From the NCBI GenBank assembly GCA_015521205.1, contig WAOQ01000005.1:1701-65700 (forward strand): a stretch of DNA of 64,000 nucleotides. The letters are read 5' to 3'. A model generated the notes under the pieces. That model saw only the letters and a list, made by a program, of their open reading frames with translations. It was not told where the DNA came from and did no database searches. The translations under genes and the position numbers were made by a program. This DNA is from Desulfurococcales archaeon (GTDB taxonomy: Archaea > Thermoproteota > Thermoprotei_A > Sulfolobales > Acidilobaceae). Positions 9,278 to 17,731 of the stretch are shown piece after piece. Numbering within the stretch: the first letter of the stretch is position 1; each line of letters starts with the position of its first letter.

Positions 9278-10387
9278 TTAGTGCTTGACTATTACAGCTT
9301 GCAGCCTGGCTCCCGAACTTATTAGGCGGGACGCCCTAACCGCGGTGCGACGGTTGGGAGCATATACTAGAACTTTATGTCCTTCGACACGGATCTTGGC
9401 TTGTATACCTGCGATTTTCAGGGTTTCCTGTAAATCCTCTTCCGATACTTCGACGGGTTTGCCGCACGGGCCCCATGGACACGCATTGCAACCCTGGCCA
9501 TGTGCTATGATATTGGCACTACACGCTGACGGGTAGACTGGTATTTTGTATTCTTCAGCTATCTTCCTGATCCTCTCTTTTTCGGGCACCGTATTGATCG
9601 GAACTTGCACGTTTGGCTTGGGTTGTCTATGTAAACGTTGAAGAATAGGTTCGGGTTCGACTCCAGCTAGGTCGAGTCTTCTGATGATATCTGGTGTTAC
9701 TCTTAAACTACCAAGAACCATCCCTTGTATGCCTGATTCCGATGCTGCATTAATTAGTTTGACAGCATCGCGATCTGTTATCCCGGGTATTATTGGTCGT
9801 ATGAAGAGCGACACATGCAAGCCAGCTTCTACGGCGTGACGAGCAGAGGCTATTCTAGCTGATGGTGGGGGAGCTCCTGGTTCTAGCTTTTTGGCCCATC
9901 CATCCCATGATGACACGCTTATCAAAACGCTGAAGCCTGGGTCGATTTCTCTGAGTTTCTTTGCTACTAGTGGTGTTATTTCTTGTTTGGTAGAAACTTG
10001 TGAAGGCAACTCTAGCCACCTATGGACTTCTTTCATATAGGATATTGCTTTCTCCGAAGTCTCTGGGAGGAATGGTTCCGTTACACTTCCATATGCGGCT
10101 AGTGTTCTTTTAGGTACAACATAGGGATTGAGCGTGAGGGCGTAGACTAGTTGTAATGGGCTCAAAGGATATGGTTGCGGTTTTAACGGGAAGCCCATGT
10201 CTCGTATGTAGCAGTAGACACATCCCATATTGCATCCTATGCCTGTGTGTATAGTCATACCGCAGTGCCGAGGCAGTCTTTTTGCGTGATGATCCCGAGC
10301 GGCCTGCCGCGCGTCCTCGTCTCCAAGAATATCCTTTATCTTCTCCGCGATACTTTTTTTGAGACGGTAGAGATAGTTCAACTCCAA
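9278..10387 (-). CDS. radical SAM protein (SplB/COG1533-like) with a Cys-rich C-terminal extension
   Basis: CX3CX2C cluster motif GIGCNMGCVYCY. The C-terminal part has extra cysteines (GQGCNACPWGPCGKP). Confidence 0.8.
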   Translation of the reverse strand: MELNYLYRLKKSIAEKIKDILGDEDARQAARDHHAKRLPRHCGMTIHTGIGCNMGCVYCYIRDMGFPLKPQPYPLSPLQLVYALTLNPYVVPKRTLAAYGSVTEPFLPETSEKAISYMKEVHRWLELPSQVSTKQEITPLVAKKLREIDPGFSVLISVSSWDGWAKKLEPGAPPPSARIASARHAVEAGLHVSLFIRPIIPGITDRDAVKLINAASESGIQGMVLGSLRVTPDIIRRLDLAGVEPEPILQRLHRQPKPNVQVPINTVPEKERIRKIAEEYKIPVYPSACSANIIAHGQGCNACPWGPCGKPVEVSEEDLQETLKIAGIQAKIRVEGHKVLVYAPNRRTAVRASRLISSGARLQAVIVKH

Positions 10388-10437
10388 CCTCTAGACACCA
10401 GGTTGGATCTAAATCGTGTAGCTGAGGGGTTTTAGTA

Positions 10438-12000
10438 TTGGCTATGAAGGTAGCGTTAATCACTGGAAGGCTGGCTTCGAGCAAGGCCTGGGAACAAGCA
10501 AAACTGCTGGAGGGAATAGGGTATAGTGTAGATGTAATAGCAGCCCCTGTCGATGTCGCACTATTTATCCCACCGTCACGGATAGCCGATCTAGTGTCTG
10601 GGAAGAACTATGATATAGTGGTAGTGCCTGGACGTTGGCGACACGATACAAAGGCTTTGGAAACAAAACTTGGCACACGAGTTGTAAGGGGTCCTACCCA
10701 TATAGACGACCTTTACTGGGTTGCCAAAAAATTGCCTATAGAACAGTGGGATGCTGAACTCGCCGCGGAGGAGCTTGTAGTAGAATCAAACATGCGGCGC
10801 ATTAAGGAATGGTACTTTGAAGGATCCAGAAAAACACCGTTTTTCCAAAGTTCTTTTTCAAACGTCAAAATACCGTCTGTGCCACCCCCGATCATCCCGG
10901 TAGCAGAGGTTTACCCTGGAGATGATGTAGAATCCAAGATCATGCGCGTCGTTGAGCTAGGATACGAAGCCCTCGTCTTGGGCTACTATGAGGAACAGGA
11001 CCTGGATACTATTGAACGGCACGTGAATATCATCGAGAAACTCGGGTTTAACGGGATCATAGGAGTTGATGGCTTAACCCCGGCGACGCAGGGAAAACTA
11101 GCACGCGGGGATTCTAGTGTCGAACTCTACCTTTCCGTCAACCCTGAAACCGCATGGATATATGCTCGTGACCCGGAGGTGTGGAAGGATAAACTATTGG
11201 TGACGTTGCCCTTCGCTCCGGGGCATGAAATAGCTACAAAGGATATTGTTAAGAGGCTGGAAGATACTGTAAGGGTGCTCGAGAGAGAAGGTATTCATCA
11301 TACCTTGATAGACGTCTCCCTCCCACCTCCGGGTGTTTCAAGTATTCTAGATAAACTCTCAACGCTAAAGACGTCTGTTAAACTGCTAGGTAAACCAGGC
11401 TTCACCGGCGTCTCTAATATAGTAGAACTTTTCGATGCTGACTCCCCCGGGCTTATAGCGTTAATGACCGCACTCTCCATAGAAGCGGGATCCGTTATGA
11501 TGCTTGTTACAGAAGAAAGTGTTAAAACGAGGGGTGTTTTCAACGAAGCGCTCGAGTCCTCGATGCTTACATCGTACGCGTATGCCAATAATCGTCCACC
11601 GAAAGACCTGGGGCTCAACCTTCTGTATCTAAAGCGAAAACGGGATCCCACACTAAAACCACAAGGGCAGAGAAAGACTGTGGGGAGAGAGAAAGGGTTT
11701 ACGTCCCAACCAGTAGGAGGCTGGGATCCCGGGGGAAGCGTGGTAATAACCATAGATCATGCAAATTGTAGTATACTATACAAGTGGTTTGACGAGGAGG
11801 ATTGGTATGAAGCAGGTAGCTGGAGGGATGCAGCGGAACATATCTACTCCACTCGACGTTTAACACATCTTGGCCACGCATTATACCTAGGTAGAGAACT
11901 GTTTAAAGCAGAACTGTCCATCAGGCTTTGTAGGGGTTACATACAAGACGAGGATTTCCTTCAAGGAAAAACCCTATGCTGTGACACAAAGCATACTTGA
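10438..12000 (+). CDS. dihydropteroate synthase-related (pterin-binding-like) protein, MJ0107-type, with a DUF4346-like C-terminus
   Basis: The 520-aa length and layout match the archaeal 'DHPS-related protein' family as I remember it. The central segment GFTGVSNIVELFDADSPGLIALM resembles pterin-binding barrels. The family assignment is from memory only. Confidence 0.5.
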   Translation: MAMKVALITGRLASSKAWEQAKLLEGIGYSVDVIAAPVDVALFIPPSRIADLVSGKNYDIVVVPGRWRHDTKALETKLGTRVVRGPTHIDDLYWVAKKLPIEQWDAELAAEELVVESNMRRIKEWYFEGSRKTPFFQSSFSNVKIPSVPPPIIPVAEVYPGDDVESKIMRVVELGYEALVLGYYEEQDLDTIERHVNIIEKLGFNGIIGVDGLTPATQGKLARGDSSVELYLSVNPETAWIYARDPEVWKDKLLVTLPFAPGHEIATKDIVKRLEDTVRVLEREGIHHTLIDVSLPPPGVSSILDKLSTLKTSVKLLGKPGFTGVSNIVELFDADSPGLIALMTALSIEAGSVMMLVTEESVKTRGVFNEALESSMLTSYAYANNRPPKDLGLNLLYLKRKRDPTLKPQGQRKTVGREKGFTSQPVGGWDPGGSVVITIDHANCSILYKWFDEEDWYEAGSWRDAAEHIYSTRRLTHLGHALYLGRELFKAELSIRLCRGYIQDEDFLQGKTLCCDTKHT

Positions 12001-12025
12001 AAGTTCGATCATGGAAGAATTAGTT

Positions 12026-12040
12026 GAAAAACAAAAGAAG
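12026..12040 (-). terminator. oligo-T tract downstream of the S-layer gene
   Basis: The minus strand reads CTTCTTTTGTTTTTC about 55 nt after the stop codon of the 1545-aa gene. Archaeal termination typically uses T-runs. Confidence 0.3.
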
Positions 12041-12095
12041 GGGAAGGTTTAAGGGTTTGTTTCCGCCCTTCTAAAGAGATCAGTTGCTTCTAGTG

Positions 12096-15000
12096 TTAGC
12101 CTAGTTTCCTGAAGGCCACGTAGGCCACCAGGATTAGGGTTATCACTACTAATACGGCGTTGACAGCGCCGAAGGTCTGTGTAGCGCTGGCGTTCTGCTG
12201 TGCCGTGCTTGTTACTGTGCCATTGAGTGTCGTAGTGGCGTTGTCGATAGCGTTGAGTGTTTGTGTCTTGAGACTGTCGATGCTGCTTAGCACGTCGTTC
12301 TTAGCGTTTGTTATTTCTGTGGTGAGTGCTGTCTGGGCGTTGCCCACGGACTGGCCGACCGCGTTTATGCTGCCTGTCAGGTTGTCGGTGGACTCGTTTA
12401 TCGCTGTTAGAATGTTGGCTGCATTGTCGTTGACAGCCGTGATGATAGCTGAAGTGTTGTCGCTCAGCTGCGCCTTTATCTGCACTGCATTAGTATTGAC
12501 AGCCGTGATAACTGCATCCTGGCTCTGGGCTATGAGTTCGGCTATGCTAGTGCTTAGAGGTAGTGTGACGCTGGAACCGAATAGTCCTTGTAGTATTAAC
12601 ATTCCAGTGTCGTTGACAGTCATTGTTAGGTTATCCGCCTCGGCCGTTATGAGCGTGGTTAGGTTGCCTAGAGCGGTGTCGATAGCGGCTAGTATCTGTA
12701 GGTGCCCGTCGTTTATCGTGCTGTTTAGTATAGCTGTGTTGTCGTTTATGAGCTGGGCTAGACTGCCTAGTTCACTCATGACTGTACCGAAGCCGGTCTC
12801 TATCTCCGCGTAGAGGGTACCGTTGACCTCGCTTAGAGTTGTTAGTATAGCGTCGCCGTAACCAGCTACCATAGCCTGAGTGTTGTAGGTCTCGTTCAGG
12901 ATCGTGTCACCATACATTCCGATCAGCATCTGTGTCAGCGCTATCTGGTTGAGCACTTGGCTGAAGTTACCGGCCATGTAGAACTCAACATCGGCAAAAC
13001 CGTTGTTCACAATTGTTGTCAACGCGGATAGGTTGGTGAGTATCTCACCCTTAGCAGTGTCGACTGCTGCAAGCACGGTAACGTTGACATTAGAGAGGTC
13101 GCTTAGCACGGTATTTATACCGCCTAGTATGGCGGTACCGTTGTTATATATGGCTGTGAGTACATCAGCGAGGCTATCGTTGATCGCTATCAGTATGGCA
13201 GTAGCGTTATCGTTGAGAGCGGTTAGTATAGCCGTCCTAGCATCAGTAATATTAGACAGTATAGCAGTCGCATTAGCGTTAAGCGCGTCAAGTACAGCAC
13301 TCGCGTTAGTGTTGAGAGCTGATAATATCGCACTAGCGTTATCGTTCACGGTTAACAGTATGGCAGTAGCGTTATCGTTGAGAGCGGTTAGTATAGCCGT
13401 CCTAGCATCAGTAATATTAGACAGTATAGCAGTCGCATTAGCGTCGAGAGCGCCGAGTATTGTTGTAGTGTTGCCCTGGATAGCGGCTAGTACTGCAGTG
13501 GTATTAGCGTCGAGAGCGTTAAGCACGGCAGTAATGTTAGTATTGAGAGCGGCTAGTACTGCACTTGTGTTTGTATTGAGCGCATTAAGTATAGCAGTTG
13601 TGTTAGTGTTGAGAGCTGATAATATTGCGGTAGCGTTGCCACCTATGTACACCATTATATCGGTTAGCATACCGTGTAAAGCATCGTCTACACTGGCTAC
13701 ATCGTGGTCATAGGCTTCACTTATCTTGCCACCGTGGAAAAGTGATGCCTGCATGTAGGCATCAACCACTAGTCCACGGCCCTGTTCTGGTGCTCTAGTT
13801 ATTGTCGTGTAGTAGACTAGCTCTCCTGTGAACGGGTTCCTGAGTATCGGGTTGATATTGTCAGTGGTGTAGACCATGTTTACGTCGCCTTCACCGTATA
13901 TGAACCATATCGTTAGGTTGGTAATATCCCATAGACCGCTGGACGCTGTGTCATTGTTGATAGGTACTTCGGTGTACGAGAATATCAGTTTGGCCTTAAT
14001 GGCTACCGTTACCACCTCACCAACGAACACATTGTCGTCGACTTCTACGTCAATGTGTAGGGCTGGAGTCTCCTCGATACTCCAAGCAAAGGTGCTGCCG
14101 TTGCAAGGCGATACTGGTGTACCGCCTTCTACTAGTATCATCGTGAAGGCGCCGCTACCGGTGCCGGTTACTGATAATACGTCGTTAGCGGATACTGTCA
14201 CGTTGAAAGTGCCGAAAGCATCTGTTGTACCGCTACCGACAGATGGTGCGAAGCCGTCTATGAAGATATCTATCGTCTCTGATGGTGTGAAACCGAACCC
14301 TATAACGCTTATCAACGCTGAGTCGGCTGTGAAGAGATTAGCAGTACTGAATGGCGTGTACGTGTCTGGGTATCCATCACGAAGAGCCTTTACTGCAGCT
14401 ATACACCCGGTAGTTACAGTTACGTTGGCGCCTGTGTTGTCCACGGCGGCAACCACATTGGTACCATCGTCAACGAAGACAGAGTAATTACCCCAAGGCA
14501 TCTCTGGCAGTCCGATCGTGCCTTCGAAATATCCGTTCGTCATGGATCCAGTTATACCCGTTATAGTATACACGTTCAGCGTAGTGGTATTCTGGAATGC
14601 TAGATATACACTGGGTGAGGTTGCATCAGCGCCTATGACTTCAAATATCAACTCGACCTGGTACTCGGTTAGAGCACCCGGTATAGTCGAATATGCGTTA
14701 TAGGGGTACATGGTACCAAATGTGGATTCTAATACTAGATGGGTCCCTGTTATTGGATTCGCAGTATCCAGGGATACAACGTTGACCGGTCCGTCTATGT
14801 CGTAGACGAATAGCTTCATATCGCTACCATCGGTTACTATGGTGAAGTTGTAGCTGCAACCCTTGTTTTGGGTTGGGTTGTCTTCGCCGCTTATCACGAA
14901 GCTCGAGGGCGTGCTTGTGTAGGTTGGTGGTATCCTGACTAGTATAAATACTTCGCCTGTTAGGGTGGAGTTCCAGTAAGCAATAGTGTCGGTGACGTTA

Positions 15001-16733
15001 TTACCGTTTGTGTCTACCGGCAGTATTGGTATCGTAATTGTTGATGCTCCATATGCTATTTCTACTGTGAGGTTATCATAGATGAAACCTATTCCGTAGA
15101 GTAGGACATAGTCTCCGGGTGCTACTATAGTGTCTACGGCGAAGTAGCCGTTGTTCTGTATTGGGTAGTAGTATACTACTGGGTAGATTGTTAGTGTTGG
15201 CTCAAACCATGTTCCTGAAGTCATAGTCAGTAGTCCTATGAAGAACGTTCTTCCTCCATAGGCGTACCTGGGTAGCGGTACGCCGGTACCAAATACAGTA
15301 CCGTTGGCCCTGACGGTAGCGTCGACCGTACCACCACTCAGGGTTAGGGTTGTGAATGAAGTGCCGTCAAAGTAGGCTAGTAGCGGGTACATTACACTGT
15401 CTCCGGCTGGCAGGTTGTGTGCCTCAAAGTCAAAGGTGTCTCCTGGGTTCATCTGTGTGCCCGAGTCACAGGCGGGCTGGGTAACTGTGCCGTCGGTAGC
15501 TGTTAGTTCTATGCTGGGGTATACCTTGAAGTTGTCTGCGTTGTTTACATAGTTGATTCCCCATGCTAGTGTTACATTGTAGCCATAGTTTGCCATCATG
15601 GTTGCGACGGGTGTCGCACCGAAGCTATCGGTTGAAGTATCGTATTGTAAGTATTGTAGGGTTGAACCGGAGTTGACTACCCAGTAGGTGTTGTTGGTTA
15701 ACAGGAACTCTGCTTTGGTGTTAGCAAAGTTGAATATTATTGTAAGATTATCCGTTAACGCATCATAGGTATAGTTGGCTGTACTTGTTATTGCTGATAT
15801 TGCTACTGTAAAGTCTTGCGTGAACTCGCTGTAGTAGAACGTGTATCCTCCAAGTACAATAGTGCCTGTCGGCGTTATGGATGTATCGTTTAGTAAGCCG
15901 CTAAAGCTCATGTTGAGCGTTGATTCATTCATGTTAAGCGTGAAACCTGCGCGCATGAATTCAGAGTATGTACCGCTAGTTGCTCCGGTAGAGTCTATTG
16001 TGCCGTTGGCTAGTATATATGTCTCAAACCCGTTCGATACTGTTACGTTGAATGTTGCTTGAGCGCCAGGATACTTGGATAAGTTGAACTCTGTGCCATT
16101 ACCAAAGTATATGCGGACATCGCCTGCAAGGGACGTTGCAGTCAATGGTCCACCGTAGCTTGATGCGTCAAAGCCCGTGTATGATAGGTTGAGGGCTCCT
16201 GTATAATTGTACTCGGCTATGAGTGTGTTGTTGACCATTGTGAACTGGTAGGTGAGGACTCCGGTTAGTCCTGAGTTGTTGGGGTCGCTGGTTATCTTGA
16301 TGTAGATTGGCTGGCCGTCGAGATAGTTTACACCGGTCGTGTCTCTTACGTTGTTCCAGAACGCGATGTCTGAGGGTAGATCTACGCTTATGAATACATA
16401 GTCTTTGCCTACTATGTCTATTGTGCCTGTATAGATAGGTGATAAACCATTTGTCCATGCACCGGTATAGATTAGTGGTACTGCGTCGTCGCTTATGGGT
16501 GCTAGACCGTTCCTATCGAGGAACACGACTAGTTGCGCTGCCGTTGGCACTGCTTCTCTGTAGTTTGTAGCGTTTATCACGAAGAACAGTTTGCCGCCGG
16601 GGCTTGTTTCCTCTGTGACTGTGACACCCACTGACGCGGGTAGCGGTGATGGTGCTGCGTGTGTAGTCGGTATTAGCGATGTGGCTACCAATAGTAGGGC
16701 GGCCACGAAGATTAGTTTCTTCGCGTCTATCAT
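12096..16733 (-). CDS. S-layer glycoprotein, tetrabrachion-like (signal peptide, beta-rich head, long coiled-coil stalk, C-terminal TM anchor)
   Basis: 1545 aa. Signal peptide MIDAKKLIFVAALLLVATSLIPTTHA. The N-terminal two thirds are rich in T/G/Y/N/V. The C-terminal ~500 aa are A/L/I/N/T-rich with 11-residue periodicity. Terminal hydrophobic anchor AVNAVLVVITLILVAYVAFRKLG. N-X-S/T sequons are very frequent throughout. Confidence 0.75.
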   Translation of the reverse strand: MIDAKKLIFVAALLLVATSLIPTTHAAPSPLPASVGVTVTEETSPGGKLFFVINATNYREAVPTAAQLVVFLDRNGLAPISDDAVPLIYTGAWTNGLSPIYTGTIDIVGKDYVFISVDLPSDIAFWNNVRDTTGVNYLDGQPIYIKITSDPNNSGLTGVLTYQFTMVNNTLIAEYNYTGALNLSYTGFDASSYGGPLTATSLAGDVRIYFGNGTEFNLSKYPGAQATFNVTVSNGFETYILANGTIDSTGATSGTYSEFMRAGFTLNMNESTLNMSFSGLLNDTSITPTGTIVLGGYTFYYSEFTQDFTVAISAITSTANYTYDALTDNLTIIFNFANTKAEFLLTNNTYWVVNSGSTLQYLQYDTSTDSFGATPVATMMANYGYNVTLAWGINYVNNADNFKVYPSIELTATDGTVTQPACDSGTQMNPGDTFDFEAHNLPAGDSVMYPLLAYFDGTSFTTLTLSGGTVDATVRANGTVFGTGVPLPRYAYGGRTFFIGLLTMTSGTWFEPTLTIYPVVYYYPIQNNGYFAVDTIVAPGDYVLLYGIGFIYDNLTVEIAYGASTITIPILPVDTNGNNVTDTIAYWNSTLTGEVFILVRIPPTYTSTPSSFVISGEDNPTQNKGCSYNFTIVTDGSDMKLFVYDIDGPVNVVSLDTANPITGTHLVLESTFGTMYPYNAYSTIPGALTEYQVELIFEVIGADATSPSVYLAFQNTTTLNVYTITGITGSMTNGYFEGTIGLPEMPWGNYSVFVDDGTNVVAAVDNTGANVTVTTGCIAAVKALRDGYPDTYTPFSTANLFTADSALISVIGFGFTPSETIDIFIDGFAPSVGSGTTDAFGTFNVTVSANDVLSVTGTGSGAFTMILVEGGTPVSPCNGSTFAWSIEETPALHIDVEVDDNVFVGEVVTVAIKAKLIFSYTEVPINNDTASSGLWDITNLTIWFIYGEGDVNMVYTTDNINPILRNPFTGELVYYTTITRAPEQGRGLVVDAYMQASLFHGGKISEAYDHDVASVDDALHGMLTDIMVYIGGNATAILSALNTNTTAILNALNTNTSAVLAALNTNITAVLNALDANTTAVLAAIQGNTTTILGALDANATAILSNITDARTAILTALNDNATAILLTVNDNASAILSALNTNASAVLDALNANATAILSNITDARTAILTALNDNATAILIAINDSLADVLTAIYNNGTAILGGINTVLSDLSNVNVTVLAAVDTAKGEILTNLSALTTIVNNGFADVEFYMAGNFSQVLNQIALTQMLIGMYGDTILNETYNTQAMVAGYGDAILTTLSEVNGTLYAEIETGFGTVMSELGSLAQLINDNTAILNSTINDGHLQILAAIDTALGNLTTLITAEADNLTMTVNDTGMLILQGLFGSSVTLPLSTSIAELIAQSQDAVITAVNTNAVQIKAQLSDNTSAIITAVNDNAANILTAINESTDNLTGSINAVGQSVGNAQTALTTEITNAKNDVLSSIDSLKTQTLNAIDNATTTLNGTVTSTAQQNASATQTFGAVNAVLVVITLILVAYVAFRKLG
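13040..13640 (-). repeat. in-frame tandem 33-bp (11-codon) repeats inside the S-layer gene, including a perfect 89-bp duplication (13191-13279 = 13356-13444)
   Basis: Protein units run AILSALNTNTT / AILNALNTNTS / AVLAALNTNIT / AVLNALDANTT / ... The two 89-nt segments were compared base by base and are identical, offset by 165 nt (5 x 33). Confidence 0.85.
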
Positions 16734-16790
16734 GTCATATCACCATGTATAGGTTTGGGTGTTTTCTCGCTAATACAGGTCGGGGGTACG

Positions 16791-16800
16791 CTATATTAAA
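16791..16800 (-). promoter_or_regulatory. candidate TATA box for the S-layer gene
   Basis: The minus strand reads CCTTTAATATAG about 60 nt upstream of the ATG at 16733. A GGTGAT Shine-Dalgarno-like element sits just before the ATG. Confidence 0.35.
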
Positions 16801-16821
16801 GGATTCGGACTCGGTCGTGTT

Positions 16822-16851
16822 ACCATGGATTCCCACGTGGGATCCGATGGT
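16822..16851. promoter_or_regulatory. 30-bp imperfect inverted repeat centred on CACGTG in the divergent intergenic region
   Basis: ACCATGGATTCCCAC|GTGGGATCCGATGGT. The arms are complementary except for single-nucleotide offsets. It lies between the S-layer gene and the RHH-protein gene. Confidence 0.35.
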
Positions 16852-16948
16852 TTACACAACATTTATTCACCTCTATCTATAAAATGGCCTTATGATAACA
16901 CCGGGTGTAACAGTGTAGTGCCCCCGCGGGATAGGTGATTGTTAGGCC

Positions 16949-17731
16949 TTGGTGGTCTCTGTAGAGATTAGTGGCGCGTTGGAAGAGCTTTTGGATGCCC
17001 TGGTGTCTGCAGGGATCTACAACAGTAAGAGTGAAGCTGTTCGCGACGCTATAAGGCGTCTGGGGGACGTGTATGATTTAAGGGATGTCGCGTTCCGGGC
17101 TTATGTTGATGGCGGTGTTAGTTTTGTTAAGGCTATGAATATTGCTCGGCTAGGGTTCCGTGAGACTGCTAGTTATTTCCTGCGTAGGGGTTTTGCGCCT
17201 TTGCTGGGAGCTAGGGAGGCGGATGAGGTTCTTCTGCCCGCGGATGCATTGGGTTCTGGCGAGGTTGTAGTAGATATAACAGGGTTCGAAATGTTTCTAG
17301 AGACGGGGTTTCTAGATTATCTAGTAGGGTATGATGGGATTAGGGTTCTCGTACCTAAGCAGATGATATCCTATGTGGAACAGTTGCCTTTGAGGTACGG
17401 TTTGGCGTATAGGCGGCTTATTTCTATGGAGGAGAAAGTTGAGAGCGTAGATGTACCTGTTCGTGGACGTTCGAGGAGTTTTACTGAGGCTGAGATGGCA
17501 GCTGTTCATCTAGCTCGTCGTCGTACCGTGTTTTTGTTGAGTTGTGATATGAGGGTTAGGGAGCTTGCTAGAACTATGAGTGTTAAGACGGCTCCGGCGA
17601 CCTCGCTTGTCGTGTCGTTGGCTCGTCGGGGTGTTGTTGATAGGGTGTTCTGGAAGAGGTATCTTCGTGAGGCGTTGAGTATACCTGTGTTCTTGCCGTG
17701 GGGTGTCGAGGATGTTGGTGTCGTCGGGTGA
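16949..17731 (+). CDS. single-chain RHH (CopG-like) + UPF0175-like + DUF3368/PIN-like protein (fused toxin-antitoxin-like architecture)
   Basis: The N-terminus VSVEISGALEELLDALVSAGIYNSKSEAVRDAIRRL is a typical ribbon-helix-helix. The middle AFRAYVDGGVSFVKAMNIARLGFRETASYFLRRG resembles UPF0175 antitoxin-like HTH proteins. The C-terminus (VVVDITGFEMFLETGFLDYL...FTEAEMAAVHLARRR...LLSCDMRVRELARTMSVKTAPATSLVVSLARRGVV) follows the DUF3368 PIN-like pattern. Non-ATG start. Confidence 0.6.
   Translation: MVVSVEISGALEELLDALVSAGIYNSKSEAVRDAIRRLGDVYDLRDVAFRAYVDGGVSFVKAMNIARLGFRETASYFLRRGFAPLLGAREADEVLLPADALGSGEVVVDITGFEMFLETGFLDYLVGYDGIRVLVPKQMISYVEQLPLRYGLAYRRLISMEEKVESVDVPVRGRSRSFTEAEMAAVHLARRRTVFLLSCDMRVRELARTMSVKTAPATSLVVSLARRGVVDRVFWKRYLREALSIPVFLPWGVEDVGVVG

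Noticed and set aside
13040-13640. Periodic 33-bp repeats that could be taken for a CRISPR-like array
   Set aside because: The repeats are contiguous with no spacers and in frame within a long ORF, and they encode a coherent 11-residue protein repeat. I saw no CRISPR array or cas genes anywhere in the window.
12160-14487. Three long plus-strand ORFs (217, 236 and 203 aa)
   Set aside because: They are antisense to the S-layer gene. Their translations are A/S/V/L-rich mirror images of the repeat region. The minus-strand frame has a signal peptide, an anchor and one uninterrupted 1545-codon frame.
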